64,000 bases of DNA, from positions 9,381 through 73,380 of IMG/VR virus record IMGVR_UViG_2513237213_000004; one strand, 5' to 3'. The translations under genes were made by a program, and so were the position numbers. Source of the stretch: a virus (taxonomy: Duplodnaviria > Caudoviricetes). Each line of letters opens with the position of its first letter. Within the stretch, counting starts at the first letter, position 1. Under the pieces are notes generated by a model that saw only the letters and a list, made by a program, of their open reading frames with translations, searched no databases and was not told the DNA's origin. This document shows positions 46,212 to 55,733 of this stretch, piece after piece.

Positions 46212-46706
46212 TTACTCTAAAAGTCCACATAAATACTTAAAATCACCGGGGTTAATCGCGGAATATGTTTTCTCTAAGGTTTTCATATCTGCTTTCTCCT
46301 TTGCTTTCGCTATCACCTGTGATGTAATTATTACAGTCGATGGATTATTTACCTCGGATTTTCCCCTCGATGTCCATTCTGCTTCCTTACCATTTAGAAG
46401 TACGGTTCCATTCTTGTAATGAGAAGCAACAAGTGATTCATAGTAATTTCTTGTCTGCGTATTAAAATAACAAAGTAATATCTGGTAATCTATATTTTCA
46501 CTATTATAATTAGCTGGATAGGCCATCTTTGCCCAGAAATAAATCCCTTGCATTTTCCCATTTTGCCAGAAAAGTTTTATGGAATCTTCATCGTAATATT
46601 CTGCTGGACAACTTACATCATTGTTAACCTTAATCCAATGGGCGGCCATAGCCATATTCGTGGATAATCCAATGAATAGAACAAGCATCATTATAATTTT
46701 TTTCAT
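46212..46706 (-). CDS. Secreted protein, surface-adhesin-E-like
   Basis: Signal peptide ending AMAA, then HW..V...YYDEDSIK...FWAKM. Confidence 0.55.
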   Translation of the reverse strand: MKKIIMMLVLFIGLSTNMAMAAHWIKVNNDVSCPAEYYDEDSIKLFWQNGKMQGIYFWAKMAYPANYNSENIDYQILLCYFNTQTRNYYESLVASHYKNGTVLLNGKEAEWTSRGKSEVNNPSTVIITSQVIAKAKEKADMKTLEKTYSAINPGDFKYLCGLLE

Positions 46707-46736
46707 TGCTAGTCACTCCCTCTCTATATTATACCA

Positions 46737-46765
46737 AAGAAACCGCCAGGGATAAACCTTGGCGG
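46737..46765 (-). terminator. Intrinsic terminator after the sigma-like gene
   Basis: CCGCCAAGG-TTTATC-CCTGGCGG followed by TTTCTTT. Confidence 0.65.
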
Positions 46766-46774
46766 CCATTTTTA

Positions 46775-47317
46775 TCATGGTTTATATTTGCATTTTTCAC
46801 AATAGCAGCAGCAGGTTTCATTGTCCCCAAAGGCTTCCTCTAGGTACGCTGGTATCCTGCATTTGCGTTGATTCTTCATTGCTGCATCCATCGGATATGC
46901 CACCTTTACTACCGGGCTTCCGGCCTCGTATACCGGTGAATCCCGGCGAAGCAATTCGTCTAATCCCTCGGCATATTTCCGAATCGTTTTCAGATGCTTG
47001 CTCACGGCCTGCTGCGAAATCCCCAGGTGCTTCCCGATTTCCTCATAGGTCAATCCCTTGGAAATCATCACAATGATGTTCCAGTTATCTTCCGAGAGGC
47101 GTTTCCGAAGTTCAACCAGGGCATCTTCAAGGCCCTTTTCCCTCTCGTGCTCTACCAGGACATCCGCCGGATCTCTGGGAACCTTCATGTAATCTTCCGG
47201 TAAAGGCTTTTTATTCTCGCTCCAATCCAGGAACTCTAGGCGGTTCAAAGTATCGCCCAGAGTTACCCGGCCAGCGTTGTAATCTTCCACAAGCTGACGG
47301 AGATAATCAACGGCCAT
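46775..47317 (-). CDS. Sigma70 region-4 HTH regulator (candidate late activator)
   Basis: LSEDNWNIIVMISKGLTYEEIGKHLGISQQAVSKHL; Cys-rich C-terminus. Confidence 0.75.
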   Translation of the reverse strand: MAVDYLRQLVEDYNAGRVTLGDTLNRLEFLDWSENKKPLPEDYMKVPRDPADVLVEHEREKGLEDALVELRKRLSEDNWNIIVMISKGLTYEEIGKHLGISQQAVSKHLKTIRKYAEGLDELLRRDSPVYEAGSPVVKVAYPMDAAMKNQRKCRIPAYLEEAFGDNETCCCYCEKCKYKP

Positions 47318-47621
47318 TGGCGATTACCTCCCTTGCGTCCCTAGCTTTCTTAATCGTGTTCAACTTATATTCAGACGTGGCAAATCTCATATTGTACCCG
47401 ACCTTAGAACCAAAGAACTGGCACCGGCGAACAACGGAACCGTCGGCCAAAACTCTGATCCCTTTGTCTTTCTTCCCTGGCTCCTCCTTGGCATCCACAT
47501 AGCGGACATCATCGGAGTATTTGAGAAGTTCTTTAAGAGTCCTGGTAAGATTGTCTGATTCAATCAACAGGCGGTAAAGGTCACCGCCGTTGTTCAAATC
47601 CATGAGTACGGAGTAAATCAA
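47307..47621 (-). CDS. Hypothetical protein
   Basis: Coupled ORF, 104 aa. Confidence 0.6.
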   Translation of the reverse strand: MIYSVLMDLNNGGDLYRLLIESDNLTRTLKELLKYSDDVRYVDAKEEPGKKDKGIRVLADGSVVRRCQFFGSKVGYNMRFATSEYKLNTIKKARDAREVIANGR

Positions 47622-48037
47622 ACTCCGGTACTCCCAAAGCCGCCACGGTCCTTGCTGCCAAGGTCCTCGCGAATACTGAATTTAACTGACTTCATCACCG
47701 GTACGACACGGAACTGCGCGATGCGGTCTCCCTTTTTGATAACTCCGTCCTCCATGGCCAGAGCCGGGAACTGCCATTCATCGCCGTTGCCACAATAAGC
47801 ATTATCGATGATACCCGTGGAATTAACCAGGAGAATCTTGTACTTCTTAAACGTAGAACTGCGGGGAAGCAGGTGACCTTCGTACTCCTGCGGCAACTTC
47901 ATGGCCACGCCCAGGGGAATCATCAGGAAATCCCCTTTGTTATATTTCACGGTCATACCGGCTTTTAAATCAATCCAATCACCATGGCGTTCCGGCAGGG
48001 AACCGGGGCGAATCTCTTTTACCTTAATGTTAATCAT
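47618..48037 (-). CDS. dut: Trimeric dUTPase
   Basis: DWIDL, PRSS, GIIDNAY, GDRIAQ, RGGFGSTG motifs. Confidence 0.93.
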   Translation of the reverse strand: MINIKVKEIRPGSLPERHGDWIDLKAGMTVKYNKGDFLMIPLGVAMKLPQEYEGHLLPRSSTFKKYKILLVNSTGIIDNAYCGNGDEWQFPALAMEDGVIKKGDRIAQFRVVPVMKSVKFSIREDLGSKDRGGFGSTGV

Positions 48038-48039
48038 TG

Positions 48040-48336
48040 TTATTTATCCTCCAATTTCACATATTCTGTGACTTCGACCATCTTCTTGACTTTCTTGACC
48101 TCATAGGGCTGTTCGTAGAATTCGTTTTCCTGCATTTCGGTATTGCCGCGTGACCAATCAACGGCAAACAGTCTGTCTCCCATAGAAAACACTGACTGCA
48201 CAGGAGTAGACCAGCGTTGGGGTTCACCTACATGCTTTTCCTCGCCGTAAGCGTATACTAGTTCTTCTATTTCTTCTTCGTCAAACTGTTCACCAGCGTC
48301 ATAGCGTCGTAAGAACTCATTATCATCATCAATCAT
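48040..48336 (-). CDS. Hypothetical acidic phage protein
   Basis: SD AAGGAG; W.RGNTEMQENE..QPYEV motif. Confidence 0.7.
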   Translation of the reverse strand: MIDDDNEFLRRYDAGEQFDEEEIEELVYAYGEEKHVGEPQRWSTPVQSVFSMGDRLFAVDWSRGNTEMQENEFYEQPYEVKKVKKMVEVTEYVKLEDK

Positions 48337-48348
48337 TGTTATATCTCC

Positions 48349-48480
48349 TTAATTCTCAAATAAGAAAGCCAAAAACCAAGCCATAAGCGAAGTCCAAAAC
48401 ATTGCTGCATATATTTCTTCCAACGGCGAGATAATCAGAAATACCATCGCCAGCAGGAAACATCCTTTTCTTACTTCCAT
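48349..48480 (-). CDS. 43-aa membrane protein
   Basis: TAATG coupling at 48480; two hydrophobic stretches. Confidence 0.5.
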   Translation of the reverse strand: MEVRKGCFLLAMVFLIISPLEEIYAAMFWTSLMAWFLAFLFEN

Positions 48481-49078
48481 TAGTCGCACACTCCTAATTC
48501 CTTTGCATAGGGCAGGGAAGAAATAAATTCCTCGCAGAACCAACGCCACTGCGGAAGGCGGTGGGTTTTGCGCTGGTAATACATCGTCCGAAGCTGCGCA
48601 TAGTTCGTGGAAATCCCGGCTGCTAAACAAATCCCCTCCGGCATATTCGCCTTGACACGCAACAAGTTTTCTTCCGTGGGGTTCAAGGTATAATCCTCGA
48701 CAATTCCCTCGAACAAGGCCAGGATCTTATCGTCCACGGCTGCATCGGCCATACGGCGGTAATCCAGCGCCTTGCCCCGGTGCATCGTGCTCTGGGAATT
48801 TTTCGACGTAAATACACCGTAGGTATCGAACTGCTGCCAGAAGTAACGTGGGGCCAATACGTCGAATGTAACCGGTATCTGCCGAAGGAACTTATCATCC
48901 CCATGGCCAATTGGGGAGTGCCCCAGGTTACTGCCCAATCGCAGCATATCTTCTACAGTGCGTTTATCCAGTGTCATATCCTCGTTGACCACCGTGGCCA
49001 TCGGATAACCGGCGCGGATCAGCGCTTCCCGGATACCATACACATTCACATTGAACACCTTGAATAATCTATCAGTCA
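48480..49078 (-). CDS. ThyX-like (flavin-dependent thymidylate synthase fold) phage protein
   Basis: GHGDDKFLRQI.V.FDV.APRYFWQQFDTY...NSQSTMH...TNYAQLRTMYYQRKTHRLPQW; ATG at 49078 overlaps the previous stop. Confidence 0.6.
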
Positions 49079-49248
49079 TCTGCATATCGTATTGCCTCAT
49101 TTCTTACCATTCGTTTTACACCGCTTCTCATTCTGACCTCACAGGCCCCTGGCTGCGCTTTCGTGACAACTCCCTGGAACATATAGGGAAGTCCCGTGGT
49201 GGGCAGCTTTTCTTTCCACTGAACCGTGGCCCCAATCTTATATCTCAT
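49072..49248 (-). CDS. 58-aa hypothetical protein (not in track)
   Basis: MRYKIGATVQWKEK...; coupled on both sides. Confidence 0.55.
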   Translation of the reverse strand: MRYKIGATVQWKEKLPTTGLPYMFQGVVTKAQPGACEVRMRSGVKRMVRNEAIRYADD

Positions 49249-49459
49249 GGTTTAACTTGACCACCTGGGAAGCGTCTTTCCATTTTTCAGAGTCATCCGT
49301 GAACATAATTTTGATTCTCTGCCTTTCGGCTCCGTTCTCGTCAAAGTCCCATTTCATTGCAGCTATGTTGCCCTTATGCGGGTAAATCGTATTTCGCAAT
49401 GTTGGAATGATTACCTCGTCCAGCAAAGAAAGTTTATTGTTAGCCATATCTGTAAACAT
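49238..49459 (-). CDS. Hypothetical protein
   Basis: SD GGAGG before the ATG at 49459 (track start 49549). Confidence 0.6.
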   Translation of the reverse strand: MFTDMANNKLSLLDEVIIPTLRNTIYPHKGNIAAMKWDFDENGAERQRIKIMFTDDSEKWKDASQVVKLNHEI

Positions 49460-49461
49460 TG

Positions 49462-49641
49462 TTAGTCCTCCGTATGTTCCCTTTTTAACCATCTGTCTGT
49501 GGCAGTTGCACATTCTCCGTCGCAAACTCCGGTATCGTACTCCGGACATAAGTCACAAGAGTCACAAGAGAGTATGTAGTCAAGGAAAATGGCAAGTTCC
49601 AGGTCAGACATTGAGCGAATCCAGTCTGCATTAGTTTTCAT
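49462..49641 (-). CDS. 59-aa Cys-rich phage protein (not in track)
   Basis: MKTNADWIRSMSDLELAIFL..CDSCDLC...C..EC...WL; SD GAGAGGT. Confidence 0.65.
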   Translation of the reverse strand: MKTNADWIRSMSDLELAIFLDYILSCDSCDLCPEYDTGVCDGECATATDRWLKREHTED

Positions 49642-49643
49642 AG

Positions 49644-49784
49644 TTACCTCTCCGTTTTATCTGGGCGTTTTGGCCTGGTAGTCAATACGCCACCTGCGTT
49701 ACCTTTGCTGCCCCCGTAACCGGCCACCATACAGGCGGCGATTACAAGGAAAACAAAGAATAAATCTATATCATTCACAATCAT
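49644..49784 (-). CDS. 46-aa membrane peptide (not in track)
   Basis: ATGA overlap with the RNR stop; hydrophobic N-terminus. Confidence 0.4.
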   Translation of the reverse strand: MIVNDIDLFFVFLVIAACMVAGYGGSKGNAGGVLTTRPKRPDKTER

Positions 49785-52012
49785 TCACAAGCATTGTACC
49801 CGCAATTATCGCAGGTCCAGCACTTTGCCTCTGGTCTAAGCGTGTGCTTATGGCACTCCGGACACTCTCGCAGGCCATCGTCCTCCGGCGGTTCCTCGGT
49901 GGGCAATTCCGCTGGTGCACTGGTTAACTCTCGTTTCATGGATAATTCCATGGCATCGGCAATAGCATTGCTGCAAGACAAGGAAACATCTTTGCCCTGC
50001 CGACGAAGGACCTGGCAGGCCGGGCATTTATTGGCCCTAAGTTCATCAATGATTTTCGACACCTTCACGCCGGAACGCAGGGCCAGGGAAATCAACCGGG
50101 TAATCGTGTTGATATTGCTCTTGCACCCACCGGACGGATTCGTGAATACCTCGAATACATGGCCATCATCGGTCTTATTCGTTGTGACATACATGGAACT
50201 TACGCAAGAGGTCTGTTCCCGTACCGTGGAACCATTGACAACCTTGACTTCTCTACGACTTTCCTTTGGCTCTATGGTGTCATAGTCCGGAGTTTCGGTT
50301 TCCTCCGGCTTATCGCTGACACCCAGGATATTTCCTCGCTTGCAGCCATCGCGGAACACCGTAATCCCTTTGAGGCCCTGTTTCCAGGCTGCCATATAGA
50401 TTTCCTCGATTTCTTCCACCGTGGCCGAATTCGGCAGGTTTACCGTGGAGGAAATAGCATTATCAACGTAATCCTGTAAGATCCCCTGGAACGCCACACG
50501 CTCCATCGGCGGTACTTCATGGGACTCAATGAGGAAGGGGAATTTCTTCTTGGCTTCCTCCGGGGAAATCCCTTCTAAGCCATGGAATTTCAGCAGGTCA
50601 GCAACGCCACGGGCATATACCGTGAAGGTCTTGCCACTGTCCTCCATGCTATGAGAAGTCCTCTGATAAGCAATCTTATACATCGGCTCGATGCCACCAG
50701 TAAAACCACCAGCGAACAGAGAAATCGTGCCGGTAGGAGCAATGGAAAGCAGCGTGCCGTTACGCAGGCCATATTTCTTAATCAAATCGTGAGCTTCTGG
50801 ATATGCCTTGATAACCGGTGATGCCATGGTTTTCTCCAAGTCAAACTTGCGGAACGCACCTTTCTTGGCAGCCAGAGAAGCAGAAGTCAGCAATGCCTGT
50901 TCCATGATGATATCCATGATATCCGAAGCCACCGCGCGAGATTCCTCGGAGCCATAACGAATTCCCATAGCTACAAAGGCATCTGCCAGGCCGAACACAC
51001 CCAGGCCAATGCTGCGCCAGTCAGCGATGGTTTCCCGGTTTAAATCCAAAGGCTGCATATCATAACCATAATCCAGGATTTCATCAAGCATACGAACTGC
51101 GGTATCCGTAATCATGCGAAGATGTGTTTTGTCAATCGTTGCATGATCCGTGAATTTATCCTTGATGGCGTTGTAAACATTGATAGAGCCAAGGTTACAA
51201 GAGTTGCCGCCGTTCCCAAAGAATTCCGCGCATGGATTCGATACGTCAATCTTGTACTCCAGATAACCAGAGAGCAAATTGAAATTCCTTACTCGGTCAA
51301 TGAAGATTGCCCCAGGATCGCCCCAATCCCATTGCGTTTCACAGAACTCATGGAAGAAGGAACGCGCATCAATGGTTTTCTCAATGTGGCCCGTTTCCGG
51401 ACTATCATAGACCAACTGGAACGGCTGATTCTTTTCCACGGCTTCCATAAATTCATTGGTGAACTTGATGGAAATATTCATAGAAGATAACTTAGAGCCG
51501 TCCTGCTTGATTCGCAGGAATTCTTCGATGTCCGGGTGGTCACACCGCAGGCCAACCATAAGCGCTGCTCTGCGACCATTCTGGCCAATGGTTCCGCCGG
51601 TCACATCAAAGATATTCAGGAAGGACACGGCCCCGGTGGAGGTCATCGCACTGTTATTCACCGGCGCTCCTTTTGGGCGCAGGTTATCAATGGCCAACCC
51701 GCAGCCACCACCATAGGAGCTAATGCGGGCAATCTTCTTGGCCGTATCAAAGATGGATTCGATGTTATCCTTCGGTGTGGGCAGCACATAACAATTACTC
51801 ATGCTAACCTTACGCTTACCCTTGTAACCAGCACCGAATAACGTGCGGCCAGCCGGGAGAAAATCTGCGTTTTCCAGGACCTTCTTGGCTTTCGGCTTTA
51901 ATTCATCGCTAAAGATAGATGCCACGCGGCCAATGAACTGCTCCGGTTTCTCGCCTTCATGCAGATACTTTCGTTCCATGATGCCCATGGAAACTTCATT
52001 GTCATACCACAT
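49781..52012 (-). CDS. nrdJ: Class II (adenosylcobalamin-dependent) ribonucleotide reductase with C-terminal Zn ribbon
   Basis: FLPAGR, SNCYV, NPCAE, SCNLGSIN, IGLG, SIAPTGTISL, GLKGITVFRDG; no ATP cone and no beta-subunit gene nearby. Confidence 0.85.
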   Translation of the reverse strand: MWYDNEVSMGIMERKYLHEGEKPEQFIGRVASIFSDELKPKAKKVLENADFLPAGRTLFGAGYKGKRKVSMSNCYVLPTPKDNIESIFDTAKKIARISSYGGGCGLAIDNLRPKGAPVNNSAMTSTGAVSFLNIFDVTGGTIGQNGRRAALMVGLRCDHPDIEEFLRIKQDGSKLSSMNISIKFTNEFMEAVEKNQPFQLVYDSPETGHIEKTIDARSFFHEFCETQWDWGDPGAIFIDRVRNFNLLSGYLEYKIDVSNPCAEFFGNGGNSCNLGSINVYNAIKDKFTDHATIDKTHLRMITDTAVRMLDEILDYGYDMQPLDLNRETIADWRSIGLGVFGLADAFVAMGIRYGSEESRAVASDIMDIIMEQALLTSASLAAKKGAFRKFDLEKTMASPVIKAYPEAHDLIKKYGLRNGTLLSIAPTGTISLFAGGFTGGIEPMYKIAYQRTSHSMEDSGKTFTVYARGVADLLKFHGLEGISPEEAKKKFPFLIESHEVPPMERVAFQGILQDYVDNAISSTVNLPNSATVEEIEEIYMAAWKQGLKGITVFRDGCKRGNILGVSDKPEETETPDYDTIEPKESRREVKVVNGSTVREQTSCVSSMYVTTNKTDDGHVFEVFTNPSGGCKSNINTITRLISLALRSGVKVSKIIDELRANKCPACQVLRRQGKDVSLSCSNAIADAMELSMKRELTSAPAELPTEEPPEDDGLRECPECHKHTLRPEAKCWTCDNCGYNACE

Positions 52013-52470
52013 TAGGCAAGCAGACTCCTTCTCTGTTCGCAAAGCTGGTTGATTTTCTCGTTAATCTCACCAATCTTCTTTGCCTTATCGACGGAAACAA
52101 TGTGGCCTTTGAAGATCTCTGCATATTCATCGCAGCCAAGTTTTTCCCCGTTATCATCCATGATATTCCCGTCATTTGCCATGTAGTAAGGAGAACAGTA
52201 GGTCTCACCGGTATCCGGATCAACCAGGGCAAAGGCTTCACCAGCCTTGATTCCCATGGCGTCCATGATACGCTCACACTTGGTCAGCTTTTCAATCTGA
52301 ACATCGGTATATTTTACGATATTGTTATTATCGTCCCACCGTACTTCGTAAAGGTCATCACCGGTATAGCCGGACTTACTCACCGAAATCACAGTGCCGT
52401 ATTCGTCGCTCTTAATTCCATACTGGAAGCCAACTGGCTTCACTCTTTCTCCTACTTTAAACATATTCAT
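52012..52470 (-). CDS. Paralog 1 of a KOW/SH3-like triplet
   Basis: FKVGERVKP...IMDAMGIKAGEAF. Confidence 0.7.
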   Translation of the reverse strand: MNMFKVGERVKPVGFQYGIKSDEYGTVISVSKSGYTGDDLYEVRWDDNNNIVKYTDVQIEKLTKCERIMDAMGIKAGEAFALVDPDTGETYCSPYYMANDGNIMDDNGEKLGCDEYAEIFKGHIVSVDKAKKIGEINEKINQLCEQRRSLLA

Positions 52471-52477
52471 GCTGCTA

Positions 52478-53005
52478 TCAATCCTCCATTAAATCTTCGC
52501 GAATCTGATTGAGTTCTTCGGCCAATTCGTCGATTTCTTCGGTAAGCGTTTCGATTTTCTGTAAAATCTCTTGCGTATCATCATCGGCAACAGGGGCAGA
52601 ACCATTTTGGAACAAGTATTTAAGTTCATCGACAGTCAAATCATCATGGTTACCATCGTAAACTTCGCCGTTCTCTAAGGTGTAAGGCCCCCAACCATAA
52701 AACTCTCCATCGTTGCGTTTGATTTCAAAGGGAACTCCCTCACGAACTCCTAACGCATACAAGGCCGTTTCCTTTTTGCTCAAAGGCTCCAACTTATCAA
52801 CGTTAACCATCCAGCAACTATCTTTCTCGCGAAGCAACCCGGCATCACCAAGTCCCCCGTTATGTCCTGGGAAATCACCGTAGAATTCAACCAACGGGGC
52901 CTCATTGTTACCACCAACGATGACACCAACCTTGCCCTCTAACTGTACCTCGCTGGTATCTTTCTTTACCCGCACATGCTGACCAATGTATAACTTATCG
53001 CTCAT
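52478..53005 (-). CDS. Paralog 2 of a KOW/SH3-like triplet
   Basis: LYIGQHVRV...ALYALGVREGVPF; ATG at 53005. Confidence 0.7.
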   Translation of the reverse strand: MSDKLYIGQHVRVKKDTSEVQLEGKVGVIVGGNNEAPLVEFYGDFPGHNGGLGDAGLLREKDSCWMVNVDKLEPLSKKETALYALGVREGVPFEIKRNDGEFYGWGPYTLENGEVYDGNHDDLTVDELKYLFQNGSAPVADDDTQEILQKIETLTEEIDELAEELNQIREDLMED

Positions 53006-53012
53006 AGTGTTA

Positions 53013-53540
53013 TCATGCTCCTTTTCTGATTCTCGCCAATTCGTTTTCTTTTTCTTCAATCTGGCCCTGGAGAACGCAGATTTCCTCTTTCAACTGCATT
53101 TCTCTGTCACTGAGGATTTCAATGTGCCCCGTCATCAAGGCTTCGTATTCATCCGGTGCTAGTACGTCATCATTACAGTCAACGAAATCTTCTCCGTCAA
53201 ACATGAACGGGCCATTTTCCATAACATTGTCGTATTCATCGTAAATATCGAACCACTGCCCCTCATAGAGCCCCAAGGCATCTACGATTTTTTCCATGCC
53301 CGTCAAGGGTTCGATTTCTTCATCATTAATGTAGAAGCACGAATCCTGTTCGGGATTCTTACGCTGATCTTGGGAAACAGAAGATGCTCCGGTGTGCATC
53401 CCAGTGTTTTTCTTATCCCAGTCAACCAAGATGGCTCCACTGCATTTACCAATTACAGTTCCATAGCACGGATTCTCCATATGAAAATCCATCTTGTTCG
53501 TGGCTTTTACGCGCTGACCAATGAAAAATCTATTACTCAT
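53013..53540 (-). CDS. Paralog 3 of a KOW/SH3-like triplet
   Basis: FFIGQRVKA...IVDALGLYEGQWF; ATG at 53540. Confidence 0.7.
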   Translation of the reverse strand: MSNRFFIGQRVKATNKMDFHMENPCYGTVIGKCSGAILVDWDKKNTGMHTGASSVSQDQRKNPEQDSCFYINDEEIEPLTGMEKIVDALGLYEGQWFDIYDEYDNVMENGPFMFDGEDFVDCNDDVLAPDEYEALMTGHIEILSDREMQLKEEICVLQGQIEEKENELARIRKGA

Positions 53541-53934
53541 GTTTCCAACCGTCCCTTTCTTCGTCATACCGACGAATAACACATTCTACCCTCGGATTCT
53601 GCCGGTCAATATCGAAATCAATGTACCGTGGTAAAGCCCATCGGTCATTATCGAATACTCCTGCGTGTTCCAAGGCGTCAAAAATCGCCTTTCCTTGGTT
53701 ATCAACATCACGCTTCCTGGCATCCGGCCAATATGTCATAATGTCGATGACCACCTTAGTTCCTTCAGTGGTTTCCCACCCCTGGTCCTCCATGGCCCCG
53801 GCAATGATTTCCTCCGCAGCAGCGAACCACTCTTTCGCCTTTTTCGTGCGGATTCTCTTGCCAAACTTCGTCGTAAAGTACAGGGCGTTAATGGAGGGAA
53901 CCGGAGGTAGTACCACTTTTAGGACATCGGTCAA
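53533..53934 (-). CDS. rusA: RusA-family Holliday junction resolvase
   Basis: PPVPSINALY; RKRDVDNQGKAIFDALEHAGVFDNDRW. Confidence 0.85.
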   Translation of the reverse strand: MTDVLKVVLPPVPSINALYFTTKFGKRIRTKKAKEWFAAAEEIIAGAMEDQGWETTEGTKVVIDIMTYWPDARKRDVDNQGKAIFDALEHAGVFDNDRWALPRYIDFDIDRQNPRVECVIRRYDEERDGWKHE

Positions 53935-54140
53935 TCAGTAACCTCGTCCAGCATATTAGCTATGGCCTCGGCCACTTCAATTTCATCATCCGTAGCATCA
54001 TCACATTCAACGGCAAAAAGGAACTCTTTAAACAACTTAGCTTCCTCATATGACATACGAATGGAAACATCCTCGTTCTTACTTTCGGGGCCTATGCCCT
54101 TAATATAGCGCTGAATCCCCGCTGCTCGTACTGTAATCAT
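53931..54140 (-). CDS. Hypothetical protein
   Basis: Coupled ORF, 69 aa. Confidence 0.6.
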   Translation of the reverse strand: MITVRAAGIQRYIKGIGPESKNEDVSIRMSYEEAKLFKEFLFAVECDDATDDEIEVAEAIANMLDEVTD

Positions 54141-54904
54141 GCAAATGCACCCTCGCCGGTAAAGTCATCGTCCGGCACATCGGTTTCCGGAGAGATACGA
54201 TAGTCAGCATCGTTCTTAACCAGGGAATACCAATAGAGGTACTGCTTTGCCTTATCGTGGTCAGACTCGGCCTGGCCCTTGTGCATCGCTCTCATGGTAT
54301 ACTTGACGAAATTACCAAGCAGGAAGCCTTTGAACTGCTCCGGAGTAAAGAACGTCTGCATTACTTCAAGAGGCTGCATAGCGGACGCCTTATAATGCTC
54401 TTGGTCACTTGCCAGCCCCGTGTTTTCGCTCGGCTCAATCAAAGTGACATGCTTCGGGCTAAAACAGTAGCCGGATGCTCCTTCAAGGTTAACGAAGCTA
54501 ATTCCAGCATCAGATACCGTCATTTCTTCTCCACAATACCGTCTCATGCTCGTTGCGAAACAAGGAACTGTATCAATATCGCCATCATCGTCAGTGCCAA
54601 ATTCTTCTTTCATGGAATCCCAGGAACGAACCAGGACCTTATCGCCCTTTCGTAACTCCCGCTGCTTTTTCGCAGGAACCAAGGAATCTTCCGGGAACCA
54701 ATAGAAGTCAATCCCTTTCATCTGGTAAGTATCATCACGGTCATCGGCCACGGATACTTCTCGGATTTCCCCACAGTAATCTTTCATTCCCTCTGTGAAA
54801 GAACACTGGGGAATATCAACCTCTCCATCTTCGCCTACTCCATATTCCTTTTTCATTTCTTCCCAGGAACGAATACGAACATAGTCACCTTTTTTAAAAC
54901 GCAT
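54137..54904 (-). CDS. DUF3310 (SaV-like) protein with two N-terminal KGD.V.RSW repeats
   Basis: HYK..MQPLEVMQ..EQFKGFLLGNFVKY.MRA.HKG..D..KAK.YL; SD AAAGGAG before the ATG at 54904. Confidence 0.75.
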   Translation of the reverse strand: MRFKKGDYVRIRSWEEMKKEYGVGEDGEVDIPQCSFTEGMKDYCGEIREVSVADDRDDTYQMKGIDFYWFPEDSLVPAKKQRELRKGDKVLVRSWDSMKEEFGTDDDGDIDTVPCFATSMRRYCGEEMTVSDAGISFVNLEGASGYCFSPKHVTLIEPSENTGLASDQEHYKASAMQPLEVMQTFFTPEQFKGFLLGNFVKYTMRAMHKGQAESDHDKAKQYLYWYSLVKNDADYRISPETDVPDDDFTGEGAFA

Positions 54905-54921
54905 GTATCTTATCTCCTTTG

Positions 54922-54951
54922 AAATTAACAATTGATTATTATAATTAACAC
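54922..54951 (-). promoter_or_regulatory. 30-bp box (copy 2 of 34249-34278)
   Basis: GTGTTAATTATAATAATCAATTGTTAATTT. Confidence 0.65.
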
Positions 54952-55004
54952 TCAAAGCCTAAAAAGGCTATTCTCGGAAAGCATATCTTAAACATTTCTA
55001 GCTT

Positions 55005-55733
55005 TCACTTCTCCTGCCGCGGATAATACTTCTTAATCCTCGGCTCTCCATCGAATGTAGACAAGAATTTTATCAGCTTGTCCCGCGCATCCTCTGGCGA
55101 ATCACAGTATTGGTCATAGTACATCTTGCCTTTATAGAAGAATCTCCACCCCCAACGCTTCTTCTTAGTGTTATAAGAAACGCCGTGATAAGGGCTCCTA
55201 GTCATTCTGTATTCATTACAGGGGATAAAAGGCAAGATCTTTATTGCCTGCTTTTCCTTCTCTGTAAATTCGTTAAGGCAAGCATACTCTCCATAGAATT
55301 TCTTTGCCCACTCATTATACTTAACCGCAGCCTCAAGCTCTGTAGGGTATGAATCCTTTGTATAGGCTTTGTTATCCTTCCAAAACATCACACACCAATG
55401 ACCAAAGCGGTCACGGGTTACGCCCTTGAACTTAGAGGTACAATCACGGGAATCAGTCTTTTTAGAGTTCCACGCGTTTTCCTTTGCCGATACAAGCCGG
55501 AGATTTTCTCTGCGATTATCTAAGGTATTATGGTTAATATGGTCTACCATCATACCGACCTGGGCTCCCATAATAACTCTATGAAGTAGCCCTAGCTTAT
55601 CGTTGATGCAATAAGGGCGGTCAGATTGGCCATTAACATGCCATACTACCGACGAATACTTTTCATAGATATCATCATCTACCAAAGTAAAAAGGTTTTC
55701 CCCACGCTTACCAGACAAAGGAATTTTTTTCAT
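55005..55733 (-). CDS. HNH homing endonuclease with AP2 domains
   Basis: LHRVIM..VDHINHNTLDNRRENLR; SKFKGV..ELEAAVKYN; second YHGVSY..W repeat. Confidence 0.88.
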   Translation of the reverse strand: MKKIPLSGKRGENLFTLVDDDIYEKYSSVVWHVNGQSDRPYCINDKLGLLHRVIMGAQVGMMVDHINHNTLDNRRENLRLVSAKENAWNSKKTDSRDCTSKFKGVTRDRFGHWCVMFWKDNKAYTKDSYPTELEAAVKYNEWAKKFYGEYACLNEFTEKEKQAIKILPFIPCNEYRMTRSPYHGVSYNTKKKRWGWRFFYKGKMYYDQYCDSPEDARDKLIKFLSTFDGEPRIKKYYPRQEK

